Source of the DNA: an uncultured delta proteobacterium
GTDB lineage: Bacteria; Desulfobacterota; RBG-13-43-22
Assembly (NCBI GenBank): GCA_963743305.1
Contig: CAVUPH010000013.1
Coordinates: 64,001-128,000 of the forward strand
Length of the DNA stretch: 64,000 nt
Direction: 5' to 3'
The first letter of the stretch is position 1. The number at the start of each line of letters is the position of its first letter. The position numbers and the translations under genes are program-made. The notes beneath the pieces were generated by a model. The model was not told where the DNA came from. It made no database searches and saw only the letters and a program-made list of their open reading frames with translations. Of this stretch, positions 51,782 to 62,037 are shown in pieces.

Positions 51782-54700
51782 ATGACACTGACAAGAAATA
51801 CCCCAAGCAGAAGCAGTCGCCCAATCCTCCGGAAAGCTGTTCCCCGGGAGCGGCTTTTTGAGCGGCTGGACCGCTTTTGGGAAGGCCCGGTCATCTGGAT
51901 CTCCGGTCCGGGGGGCTGCGGCAAGACCACCATGGCCAGTTCCTACCTGCAGGAACGGGGTATCCCCAGCCTCTGGTACCAGGTCGAGGAGGCCGACAAA
52001 GACCTGGCCACCTTCTTTTATCATTTGGGAGCCGCCTTTAGCAGTGCTTTCCCTAAACGAAAAAAAACCCTGCCCCTTTTGACCTCGGAATATCTTCAGG
52101 GCATCCCCACCTTTGCCAGGCGTTTTTTTAAGGAAGCCTTCAGCCGCTTGAAACCCGGGACCACACTCGTTTTCGACAATGCCCAGTTCATTCCGGAAAA
52201 TTCAATCGTCCAGGAGGTTGTTCTCCTGGGGGTGAACGAAATCCCCCAGGACAAGCACCTGGTGCTGATCAGCCGGGGGACCCCGCCCCCATCCTGGATC
52301 AGGCTTCAGGCTAACCAGCAATTGGGGCTCTTGACCTGGGAGGACCTGCGCCTGACCTTAGAGGAAACAGTGGAGATCGCCCGACTGCGAGGCGACCGGG
52401 ACGCTCCCGCAAGAGACGATTGAACACGTGCACGCCCTGGCGGACGGCTGGGCGGCGGGATTGATGCTGATGTTGGACAGCCTGAGCCAGAGGGATCGAT
52501 CTCCCGGCGGTGGAGGAAACCACCCGGGAGGGGATCTTCCATTATTTTGGAAATGAGATCTTTGCCAGGATCAGCCCGGAGGTTCAGGATTTTTTTCTGC
52601 GGACAGCCTTTCTGCCTCAAATGACCATCGGTATGGCGGAAGACTCTGACAGGCCTCCCCCAGGCCGGTTCCATCCTGTCCGCGGTGATGCGGAACAATT
52701 ATTTTATCGAGCAGCGATACCTCCAAGAGCCGGTTTACCAGTACCACCCTTTGTTCAGAACATTTTTACGCCGTAAGGCCAAGGTCATTTTTGACCCGGA
52801 ACCTTTCAAGGAATTAAGCCGGAAAGCCATTCACCTTCTGGAAACGGACGGGCAGATCGAAGAAGCTTTCCATCTGGCCCGGGAAGCGGATGACCGGGAA
52901 ATGATAAAGCGGATCATCCTTCAGCAGGCCCCAACACTGCTGTGGCAGGGAAGGTACCTTCTGCTGGCGGAATGGCTGGACGGCTTACCAGGCGATCAGA
53001 TTGAACAGGATGCCTGGCTTCTGTTCTGGAAAGGAACCGCCCGGTATCTTTATGATCCAGTTCCAAGCCGGGATCTCCTGGAGCGGTCTTATGAAAAGTT
53101 CAAGCAAAATGAGGAAATAGACGGGATGCTGCTGGCCTGGTCCACGGTCATTCGAGCCATCATTCAATGCACGTATGACCAGTTGGACCATTGGATTGAT
53201 GAACTTGAACTCCATATCCGGGATCCTTTCCAGGAATTTCCTTCTCCCTGGATAGGGTCCCAGGTTTCCACCTGTATGTTTTCGGCCCTGACCCAGAGAC
53301 AGTCCGGTCATCCGGAGATAGAGCAATGGGCGGATCGCGCCTTGGCCCTGACGGAGGCCCCTGAATTTAAATACGATAGAATGATGGTTCTATTCCATCT
53401 GATACTTTACGGAATCTATGCCGCCCGTTTTGATAAGGCCACCCTGGCGCTGGAACTGCTCAACTCGTTGAACCAGACTCTGGAAATACAGTCGGTCAAT
53501 CGTGCCTGGGGCTACCTTGGAGAGGCCATATTTTTTGACATGGCGGGCTTCCCGGAGAAATGCGAAAAGGCCGTTTCCGAGGGTCTTGAGTTTTCCCGAA
53601 CCTTGGGCTTCCATGCCGCGGACGATTTATTGCTGTTTCACGCCATCCAGAATTCATTGAATATGAATGACACCGAAAAGGCGCGCCTGTTCATTAACCG
53701 GTTGTCAACCTCCTCGAACAGCCCGGGGATGGAAAACAGGGCTATGGCCACCCGTGATCAATACTTATATTGTTTAAGTTTAGCCAGAGAAGAACTTATT
53801 CGGGGAGCCTACGATCAAGCCGCCATTCATGGAGAGGAGGCCCTGCGTTACGGGATCGAGACCGGCGCTCCGTTCATTTTCGGGGTCGCTTATTTGCTGA
53901 ACGCCGTTATTCTGAATCACCGCGGGATGGATGATAAGGCCCGGGAATACCTTTCCCAGGGCTTGGCCTCCTCCCGACAGATCAAGAGCCCATTCCTGGA
54001 ATTCAATGCCCGGCTGCAGCAGGCCTATATGGCCTTCAAGAACCAGGAGGAGAACCAGGGCCTCATGTTTCTCCGGGAAGCGTTGATCCTGGGGAAGGAA
54101 GCGAAGTTATTGAATACCTACATTGATTGTCCGGCCGATACCGCCTTTCTCTGCGAGAAGGCGCTGGAAGAGGGGATCGAGGTGGAATATGTCCAGGAAA
54201 TCATCCGCCGGAGACGACTGGTGCCGGAAAGCCCTCCGGTTCATCTGGAAAATTGGCCCTGGCCGTTAAAGGTGTACACCCTGGGGCAATTCAAAATTTA
54301 TAAAGATGGGCAGCCCCTCCGTTTCTCCCGCAAGGCCCAACAGAAGCCCCTCGATCTGCTCCAGGTCCTCATTGCCACCGGGGACAGAGGCATCCGGGAT
54401 GAGGAATTGGCCGATGCCCTCTGGCCGGAGGCCGACGGGGATGCAGCGGCCCAAACGTTAAAGACCACGCTGTATCGGCTTCGCCTGCTGATCGGCAAGG
54501 ACGAGGTGGTTAAGGTCCGCGAAGGGCGGGTGAGCCTCGATTACCGTCATTGCTGGACCGACGCCTGGGCCTTTGAACAGCTTCTAGGAGAGGCTGATCG
54601 GAGCAATTCCCAGGCCGCCCTTCCGCTGCTGGAAAAGGCCATCGGGTTATACCAAGGCCCTTTTCTGGTCCGGGGAATGGAGGAGCCCTGGCTGCTGTCC

Positions 54701-54997
54701 GCTGCGGAAAGGCTGCGCAGCAAGTTCCTGCGCGGGGTTGAAAAATTGGGATCTTTCTGGAGCCGAGGCGGGGAGTGGGAGAAGGCCCGTGAGTGTTACC
54801 GGAAAGGGCTGGAAGTGGACGGGTTAGCCGAGGAATTCTGCCAGGGCTTGATGCTGTGCTGCCAAAACCTGGACTTGAAGGCCGAGGCTCTATCTCTATA
54901 CAAGAATTTTGAGAAGAGACTTAAAACGGAACTGGGAATCGAACCGGCCGCCAAAACCAGGGCCTTACGGGACAGCTTGCTGGGAGGGGCGTTATGA
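51782..54997 (+). CDS. MalT-like STAND ATPase with C-terminal winged-helix/BTAD activator domain, frameshifted near 52410 and 52650
   Basis: GPGGCGKTT P-loop, (L)ADGWAAGL, YQYHPLFR, TPR-like middle region, LADALWP..TLYRLR and ELGIEP. Confidence 0.85.
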
Positions 54998-55125
54998 GGG
55001 GAGTAGAGAGAAGACAGAACAGAGAAGAGAGATAAAAGATGGAAGATGGAAGAAAAAGACAGGGGGAAGAGGGAAGAGTGAAGAAAAAATTAGACAGGCC
55101 GGAGGCCATAGCGGTGAAGGAAGCC

Positions 55126-55250
55126 TTGACCAGCCTCAAGGGTATGGTTCCCAAACCTGAAAAGAAATTGTCGTTGGAGGAGATGGACGAGGCTATTGCT
55201 CAAGAAACCAACCGGTGATCGGGTTGGACGCTAATGTCCTGGCCTTATGA
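55126..55250 (+). pseudogene. Remnant of an AbrB-type antitoxin C-terminus plus VapC N-terminus
   Basis: LTSLKGMVPKPEKKLSLEEMDEAIAQETNR* overlapping the GTG of MIGLDANVLAL*. Confidence 0.6.
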
Positions 55251-55479
55251 TCAGGAAGCGGCGGAAGACGATCTGTTTCGCCTTGTCCCGCTTTGATCTG
55301 CCCGGCTTGGTCGACCACTTCCACCCCGGTTACCCTGGTCCCACCACTCCAACTGGATCCGCTTCGCTTGATCCACCATAACATAGATACTCTCTTCTCT
55401 TTTCTCTCGTCTTCCTTTCCAATCCGGGTCCAGCGGCCAATAAAATTCAATCCCCTCACTTTTTTTCCATTTCCCTCTA

Positions 55480-55501
55480 ATCTGTAACCTATCTGTAACC
55501 T
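55480..55501 (+). promoter_or_regulatory. 11-bp tandem direct repeat, candidate binding site of the BTAD/SARP-type regulator
   Basis: ATCTGTAACCT x2. Confidence 0.55.
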
Positions 55502-55682
55502 CACCCCGGGTAATCTACCGCCATTCGCAGAATGCAATCCCTTTTCCCCGCCCTCTCCAGCATGGAGGTAAATAAAGGGATAAGGAGGTGATTATTTAAC
55601 GGGAAAAAAGGTTGGACGGATGGTCAACCGAATAGAAAACACCACCCAGGTTCCGTTTAACACCAAAAAGGAGGATGCGAAC

Positions 55683-55982
55683 ATGGTAAGATGGACAAGA
55701 AGTGTTAGGATTGCGCGTGGAAAACCCTTAGAAGCCATGCAATGGGCCAAGGAGATAACGGAATGGATCAACAAAAAATACAACCTCCAGACGAAAGTTT
55801 ACGTGGACTCCTTCGGCGAGGTTGGAACCCTACGCTGGTTCGTTGACCACGAAAGTCTTGCCGTCCTGGAGAAGAGTTGGGATCAGTTGCTTGGAGACCA
55901 AGAATACTGGCAAAAAGTCAACCAAAGTAATGACCTATTCGTTGAAGATAGCCTCTTTGACACCGTCATGCGCACTATCTGA
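55683..55982 (+). CDS. Small NIPSNAP/dimeric alpha-beta barrel-like hypothetical protein
   Basis: AGGAGG RBS; ESLAVLEKSWDQLLGDQEYW pattern. Confidence 0.7.
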   Translation: MVRWTRSVRIARGKPLEAMQWAKEITEWINKKYNLQTKVYVDSFGEVGTLRWFVDHESLAVLEKSWDQLLGDQEYWQKVNQSNDLFVEDSLFDTVMRTI

Positions 55983-56002
55983 GTTGACCTAAGGCCAAGA
56001 GC

Positions 56003-56045
56003 AAAGGCAGGGCCGAAAACGGGTATTTGGCCCTGCCTTTTTTTT
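56003..56045 (+). terminator. Intrinsic terminator
   Basis: AAAGGCAGGGCC..GGCCCTGCCTTT followed by a T-run. Confidence 0.85.
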
Positions 56046-56123
56046 AAAAAGACTCAATCCTTAAACGTCCTTTTGGGTCGGCAGATTCAGGCAAAGTTAG
56101 CCTGCTGGGTCGATTGAGGGGTC

Positions 56124-56302
56124 ATGAATCCGGTCGTCAATTACATCATTCGGATCTACCGGTGCGAAAAGGACCGACCCCAAAGTCTGGTGGGGGTCGT
56201 GGAAGAGGCGGGAAAAAGGGGAAAAAGGCCTTTCAGAGCTATGATGAGCTTTGGGATATTTTGAATTCACCAAAAAAAAGCGAAACATCTAAGGAAGGAT
56301 GA
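56124..56302 (+). CDS. Small hypothetical protein, frameshifted near 56215
   Basis: Joined frames read MNPVVNYIIRIYRCEKDRPQSLVGVVEEAG/KKGKKAFQSYDELWDILNSPKKSETSKEG*. Confidence 0.55.
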
Positions 56303-56393
56303 GGAGGTGATCAGGTAACGGGTAAATAGATTTGGCGGATAGTCAACCGAATAGAGAAAATTAGAAGGAGGTGTCCCATGCCAAAGAACTTTA

Positions 56394-58085
56394 ATGGCCT
56401 GGCCGAAGGGCTTTCCCAGAAATCAATATTATCCGGGAAAACCTATTTTTTCCATCCTGGAACAAACGGCAAAAAGGGTCCCCAATCGACTGGCCATCAT
56501 TTTCGCCGGTACCGAAATCACCTATGCCGAACTCAAGGAACTTGCCGAACGCTTCGCCTCGGCCCTTGTTGATCTGGGAGTTCAAAAGGGCGACCGGGTT
56601 TCCATTCATCTGGTAAACTGCCCCCAATTCGCCATTGCCTATTACGCCATCATGAGAATCGGTGCGGTTTTCACGCCTCTCAGCCCGCTTTCTTCGCCCA
56701 GAGAATTCACCTATCAGCTCAATGATTGCGGGGCCGAAACTTTAATTACCCTGGACCTCTTGTATCCTGGGATCGCTTCGGCCATTCCTCAGACCAAGGT
56801 CAAACGGATGATCACCACCAGCCTGGCCGACTGTTTTAACCCGATTACCGCTCCGCTCAAACCCCTGGGCAAGATGGTTGTACCGGACACCCTCGATATG
56901 GCCCCTCTCTTGATAAAATACCCACCTTTCACCGCCCAGGTGGATATCGATACGGCGAACGATGTGGCCCACCTGGCCTATACCGGAGGCACGACAGGAC
57001 TTTCAAAGGGTGTTGTTCTAACCCATGCCAATGTCGAGGCCAATGTCCTTCAATTCGGGAACTGGAGCAGCGGCGCCGTTGTGAAGGAAATAGACGGTGT
57101 CTGGGAAGCGGTGTACCCGGACGGTGTTGAACTATCTGCTTTGCCGATCCGGCAGGACGAGGAAACCTCCATCGTGGTTGTGCCCTGGTTTCATGCCATG
57201 GGAACCGTTGGGTATCTTAACGCCCAGATATATGGCGGATATACCATGGTGGTGCTGCCGAGGTTCGATCCCCAAGAGTATCTGGATGCCATTGTCAAAT
57301 ACAAGGCGACCTTTATCGGCGGCGCCCCGCAGTTGTATATTCCCTTAATGAATCATCCGGATTTTGAGAAATACGACCTTTCCCACATAAAGAGAGCCGT
57401 TTCAGGCGCCGCACCGCTTCCTGTGGCGATATTCGAAAAACTTGCCGGTGCTTTCGGCGTGGAATACATCAGCGAAGCCTATGGCTTGACCGAGTGTACC
57501 ATGGGGGCCACGATGACTCCTCCGAGCGCAGCGGGCGCCCGGGCGGGATCCGTCGGTCTGCCGGTTTTTGATACCGAAATCAAAATCGTGGAGGTCACCA
57601 CCGGAAACGAACTTCCGGCCGGACAGGAAGGTGAGGTTTGGATCAAGGGTCCCCAGGTCATGAAAGGGTATTACAACAAACCGGAAGCCACCGCGGAAGT
57701 GCTGAAAGACGGATGGCTTCATACCGGTGACATCGGCAGGATGGATGAAGATGGATACCTTTTCATTACGGACAGATTGAAGGACATGATCATCTACAAG
57801 GGCTACAACGTCTATCCAAGAGAACTCGAAGAGATCCTCTTCCGGCATCCCGCCGTTGAACAATGTGCTGTGGTGGGTAAACCCGATCCGGATGCGGGGG
57901 AGATCCCGGTAGCTTTCATCAAGCTCGCTCCGGGCAAGGAGGCCATCCGTGAAGAAGTAATGCAATTTTTGAATACTGAGGTGGCGGCCTACAAAAAAAT
58001 CAGGGAGGTGATTTTTCTGAAGGAAATTCCCGTAAGCGGAGCTGGAAAGGTCCTGAAACGAGAACTGAGAGAACAATTGAAATAA
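56394..58085 (+). CDS. Long-chain fatty acid-CoA ligase (AMP-binding family); true start may be ATG 56378 with a frameshift
   Basis: YTGGTTGLSKG, AYGLTE, TGDIG, DRLKDMI and GKVLKR motifs. Confidence 0.93.
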   Translation: MAWPKGFPRNQYYPGKPIFSILEQTAKRVPNRLAIIFAGTEITYAELKELAERFASALVDLGVQKGDRVSIHLVNCPQFAIAYYAIMRIGAVFTPLSPLSSPREFTYQLNDCGAETLITLDLLYPGIASAIPQTKVKRMITTSLADCFNPITAPLKPLGKMVVPDTLDMAPLLIKYPPFTAQVDIDTANDVAHLAYTGGTTGLSKGVVLTHANVEANVLQFGNWSSGAVVKEIDGVWEAVYPDGVELSALPIRQDEETSIVVVPWFHAMGTVGYLNAQIYGGYTMVVLPRFDPQEYLDAIVKYKATFIGGAPQLYIPLMNHPDFEKYDLSHIKRAVSGAAPLPVAIFEKLAGAFGVEYISEAYGLTECTMGATMTPPSAAGARAGSVGLPVFDTEIKIVEVTTGNELPAGQEGEVWIKGPQVMKGYYNKPEATAEVLKDGWLHTGDIGRMDEDGYLFITDRLKDMIIYKGYNVYPRELEEILFRHPAVEQCAVVGKPDPDAGEIPVAFIKLAPGKEAIREEVMQFLNTEVAAYKKIREVIFLKEIPVSGAGKVLKRELREQLK

Positions 58086-58208
58086 TAACGGGGCGATCCA
58101 TCATTTCTTTCAAGGGAAGAAGAAAGGAGGTGAGGGGCTTGGTTCTGTCGGCAGGGTAGATGTTGGATACCAATAACCATTAATGAACTCATTAAAGGAG
58201 GGAACATC

Positions 58209-58904
58209 ATGAATAGTTCAAAAATAACGAAGTGCTGCTTTATCGCAGCCGCCATCGCGCTACTAGCTGTGTTCGTGGCCGTTCCGGCCGGGGCGGGGGG
58301 CCTGGACCGAAGGCTCTACGGGGACTATACCTATAATGTAGCCGCAACTTGCGCATACGCTGTATGCGGCCCGGACCAAAACGGCAAATACGACTGCCAA
58401 TCCACTCCGGGGCTCAACCCGGATAATTTAGTGCGATTAATAACAGGAAGATCGCAAAGCTATAACGTCCTGGGTGTGATTCACTTTGACGGCCATGGGA
58501 AATCGACCCTTAAGGGGGAGGTCATGACTGTGCGTATTAGTCCGTCCACGGACCCGGTTGATATTCCGGCGACCCAGTCTGCCCTGGATTGCGTCGGCAC
58601 CTACGTAGTAGATTCTGAAGGCAATGAACTGTTTGTTGACATCACATTCACCAACTGCACTGGCAAGATCAAGCAGCCGGCGATCTTAGGGGCTTGGGAG
58701 TTTAATCTTACTGGTTCCACCACTGTCCGGGGACGGTTGGACACTGTCACTGGGAGCAGCACTGTGATCATAAGCAACACGTTACCCTACATAGAAGAAT
58801 TAGAGTATACTGCGGGACCCGCTAGCGGCATGAAAGAACAAAGAATCTGCAATAACATGGGAACCATAGTGAAGCTTTCACCGTGGCACTGGTTCTCAAA
58901 ATAG
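58209..58904 (+). CDS. Secreted Cys-containing beta-rich hypothetical protein
   Basis: AAGGAGG RBS, signal peptide, several Cys in the mature part; codon usage looks different from neighbours. Confidence 0.7.
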   Translation: MNSSKITKCCFIAAAIALLAVFVAVPAGAGGLDRRLYGDYTYNVAATCAYAVCGPDQNGKYDCQSTPGLNPDNLVRLITGRSQSYNVLGVIHFDGHGKSTLKGEVMTVRISPSTDPVDIPATQSALDCVGTYVVDSEGNELFVDITFTNCTGKIKQPAILGAWEFNLTGSTTVRGRLDTVTGSSTVIISNTLPYIEELEYTAGPASGMKEQRICNNMGTIVKLSPWHWFSK

Positions 58905-59069
58905 CAAACGGACGACTCGAAAACTAAAAATTAGCCATTAAAGTTTGTCTCCAATTCCGGCAGGGCCGCCCTCGGCCCTGCCTCCCCTTTTTCCGGGGAA
59001 TAGAACCCATAAAGAAGCCAGCCGAGAATGACCTGTTCCGACCATTTTCCAGATGCTTCGTGAAAAAAG

Positions 59070-59195
59070 GTCGAGAGATCGAAAGGCTACCAGGTCAAGT
59101 TTGGAGTACATTTGGATGATCTCGAAATGATTATCGAGGGTCAATAACCTCAGACCGTTTTCAATAGCGACTTGGGCAATCAGGAGATCAACCAC
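59070..59195 (-). pseudogene. C-terminal fragment of a VapC PIN toxin
   Basis: VDLLIAQVAIENGLRLLTLDNHFEII with no N-terminal half. Confidence 0.6.
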
Positions 59196-60069
59196 TCCTA
59201 CTGGCGAGGCAAATAGGGTCTATTGAATTCCCATTCGAAAGCGGTAACCTTGAAATCGAAAGACGATGCCCTTTGGATATATTTCCTCCACCCTGCAGCC
59301 CTTCGGTTGAAACCTGTCCTTCATGGAGAAGCTGCTCGTTGACCTGAACCAAGCGGTTCTGCGGCTCGGGGCTGTAAACGTGAGCCGAGATCTTCAACGG
59401 TGGTAGGGCGCTGCGGATATCGGCCGGCAAGTCGTTCAGGTTGAAAACCCGGTCGCTTGGCAGCGCCGCCGTTTTTGACGCCTTCCGGGGCGGCACCTTG
59501 GCCTGATCGGAGGTGGAGGCCTTTTTATCCGGAGGCGGTGGAGTTTTCTCCGGTTCGGTTGCCGGCACCCGCGCTTGGGGCGGTCCGGGAGAGGGTAGGT
59601 CCACCGGACTCTTGGGTGTCGCCGGAAACGAGGGCCGCTTCTCGGCAGGTATCGCCGTCTTGACCGGGTCGGAAACCGGCAATTTCTCCGGAGGGGCGAT
59701 TGAGGTTTTCCGGTCTTCCGGGCCCTTGGAGCCCGCCGGAGTCGGGGTCCGCTCCGAGGACTTCTTTTGGCGGTCTGCGTCCTGGACGAGAGAGGTCACA
59801 GGAGGGGGGGCGGCCGTGGGGCCCTGTTTGACGAGGGCCCGCTGGGGGAGTAGCGGGGCGGGTCGGGGCGGTCGGTATGGTCCCCGGAAAACAATCCACC
59901 AGAGCAGGACCATTACGTTGAGGATCAGCCCCACCGCGACCAGGGTTGGCCAATGGGCCCTGGGGCGGGCTTTCGGCAGGGTTGCGTCCGCCAGGGTCAG
60001 GGTTGGACGTTTTTCCCCCTGTTGCCTCTTCCGTTCGAGTTTTTTCAGGGCTTCCGGGATATAGGACAT
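59188..60069 (-). CDS. ExeB/GspB-like type II secretion accessory protein (C-terminus frameshifted near 59295)
   Basis: MSYIPEALKKLERKR, TM helix, Pro-rich linker, ISAHVYSPEPQNRLVQVN. Confidence 0.78.
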   Translation of the reverse strand: MSYIPEALKKLERKRQQGEKRPTLTLADATLPKARPRAHWPTLVAVGLILNVMVLLWWIVFRGPYRPPRPAPLLPQRALVKQGPTAAPPPVTSLVQDADRQKKSSERTPTPAGSKGPEDRKTSIAPPEKLPVSDPVKTAIPAEKRPSFPATPKSPVDLPSPGPPQARVPATEPEKTPPPPDKKASTSDQAKVPPRKASKTAALPSDRVFNLNDLPADIRSALPPLKISAHVYSPEPQNRLVQVNEQLLHEGQVSTEGLQGGGNISKGHRLSISRLPLSNGNSIDPICLASRSG

Positions 60070-60071
60070 AC

Positions 60072-60585
60072 CTAAAAGGACCCTTTCCCGTCGTGAAGCA
60101 CCGGGTCGTCGGTATCGGATGCACGACTCAACGGCATGATCGTCAGGGTGCCGACGATCCCGTCGGGCACCAGGCCCACGGACAGTTGGAATCGTTTGAT
60201 CTCCCGACCCAATGTTTGGTCATATTCGGGGTCCTTTTCGGTTGGTGAGGTTCGCCCCTGGGCCAGCGCCAGGTGACGCTTCAACCAGGCCACGATGGGA
60301 CCCCGGCTTCCTGGTTTCACGTCTCCCCGGTAATTAGGGGGTGCCCGCCAAAGCAGCAGGTATTCGCCTGTCCAACTCCGGTTAATTTCCTCGAGTTCAA
60401 CGACCCTGGCCCCCGTTTCGAGTACCACGTTGGCCGTTTTCCCCCGGAGGGAGGATGGCGCGTCGGCTCCGGCTGTGAATGGCCAGGAGATAGTCATGGA
60501 TGCCGGAGACCAGTGTCTGGTTCGTGGCCGGGCCCTCGGGCGGGCTGATCCCGAACTCCCGGCAGAGGGTAAACAGCAATTCCAC
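60072..60585 (-). pseudogene. Truncated, internally deleted ExeA/GspA-like gene
   Basis: AAA-domain fragment (ELLFTLCREFGI..HDYLLAIHSRSRRAIL) abuts the C-terminal WTGEYLLLW..IKRFQLSVGLVPDGIVG peptidoglycan-binding part. Confidence 0.7.
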
Positions 60586-60775
60586 TAGGAATTCAATATA
60601 CTATAGAAAAGATTGAAAAGGAAGCCTGGAAGGGGAACCATCGGGTTACGGTTCCGTGTAAAGATCGAGATTGCTTGGGGAGGACCTGGTGTGAACGTAA
60701 ATAGTTAAGTCCATTTAAAGGCAGTATAGGATAATTCGTATTGACAATTATGATTTTAGATGCTAAAAACAAAAC

Positions 60776-61225
60776 ATGTCCTTGCAAATCCTCAAGATAG
60801 CCGCGCAGATTCGCCGAGTTATCAACCGGTCCATGTTCCTGGAGAAACGGACCATTTTGCGCCATGAAGCCCTGCGGCTTTATCCCTCGGAAATCCATCT
60901 GCTGCAGGTCATCCACGAATCCCCGGAACTGAGCGCCGGGGAAATGGCTCGGAAGTTGGGCATCAGCATTGGAGCCGTGTCCCAGACCCTGAATCGGCTG
61001 GAGAAAAAAGGGGTTATCCATAAGACCAAGGACCCGGCCCTTAAAAACAGGCTGTCGGCCAGATTGACCGGGGTCGGACAAACGGCTATCCGGCAATTCG
61101 AACAAGGGCAGGAGGTTACGATGAAGGCGTTTTCCAGCTACCTGGGCGGATTGTCAAACGGAGAAAGAAAGGTTGTCGAGGGATTTCTATCCCACTTGGA
61201 GGAATTCTTGAAACGCCTGGAGTAA
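60776..61225 (+). CDS. MarR family transcriptional regulator
   Basis: SEIHLLQVI, GISIGAVSQTLNRLEKKGVI and LTGVG motifs. Confidence 0.9.
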   Translation: MSLQILKIAAQIRRVINRSMFLEKRTILRHEALRLYPSEIHLLQVIHESPELSAGEMARKLGISIGAVSQTLNRLEKKGVIHKTKDPALKNRLSARLTGVGQTAIRQFEQGQEVTMKAFSSYLGGLSNGERKVVEGFLSHLEEFLKRLE

Positions 61226-61275
61226 TTTTTTTTGTAATATGTTTATAGTATCTAAAATCAAAAAGGAGGATGATT

Positions 61276-62019
61276 ATGAACAACAGTTTGCTGACCGGCT
61301 TTTGGCGTACCATGGTGGGAGTGCCTCCCTTTCTTTGGGAGAAACAGATTAAAAAGACAAGACAAAAAGTTACAAAGGCCATGGCTTTCATGTCACCGGA
61401 CCATCGCCGGGTTCATCACTATGTGGTCCGGGAGTTGCCGCGGATAGGGGGTCCGCTGGAGGCGGAAAGGGTGGCCCGGGATCTGGTCTTGTCCGTGGAG
61501 CGGACCATTGAAATTTTACAGGATCTGGAGAAGCATTTGACCTTTCTGGTTCGGAACGAGCAGGGGCAGGTCGTCTGGGCCTACCCGGTTACTGTGGAGA
61601 AAACCCCACACCGGATCAGCTTTGGATCAGGGGAGCAATTGTATTCTGCCTGAGCGGTGGACGCTTTCGCGACGCCCTTCGTGCAAGGGCGACTGAGACA
61701 GGAGCAGGTGGTTATTCAGGTGGAAACGGAATGCGCCCATTGTAAAGAGCCCATGCGCCTGGAAATCGACAGCGATATGCATTGCCATGGCCAGGAGTCC
61801 GGAGACAACTTGATTATTTTTGTCCCCGACGTGGATTTCGGACGCCTGAAAGATCCCACCATCATCGAGGCCTTCTGAAAAGAAAGCGTTTTCTTCCGGT
61901 CGGAAGAGCACGCCAGGGCGTTTCGAAGGAAAGAGCATCGAATCCGTGGTGCGTATTTCACCACCGTTCAGATCGCTTATTTAAATAAGGCCATCCAAAG
62001 CGCCATCTTTGGCTGGTGA
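61276..62019 (+). CDS. Second MerB-like protein with two selenocysteines (U126, U201; 247 aa)
   Basis: AGGAGG RBS; in-frame TGAs at 61651 and 61876; reads AYPVTVEKTPHRI..LYSA-U-AVDAF..TECAHCKEP..EAF-U-KESVFFRSEEHA; hairpin after each TGA. Confidence 0.88.
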
Positions 62020-62037
62020 ATATCGGGGCGGAAGGAA

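Noticed and set aside
62017-62019. Third in-frame TGA in the second MerB-like gene as another Sec
   Set aside because: It lies where the MerB-like domain should end, no convincing hairpin follows, and readthrough would run into the convergent gene.
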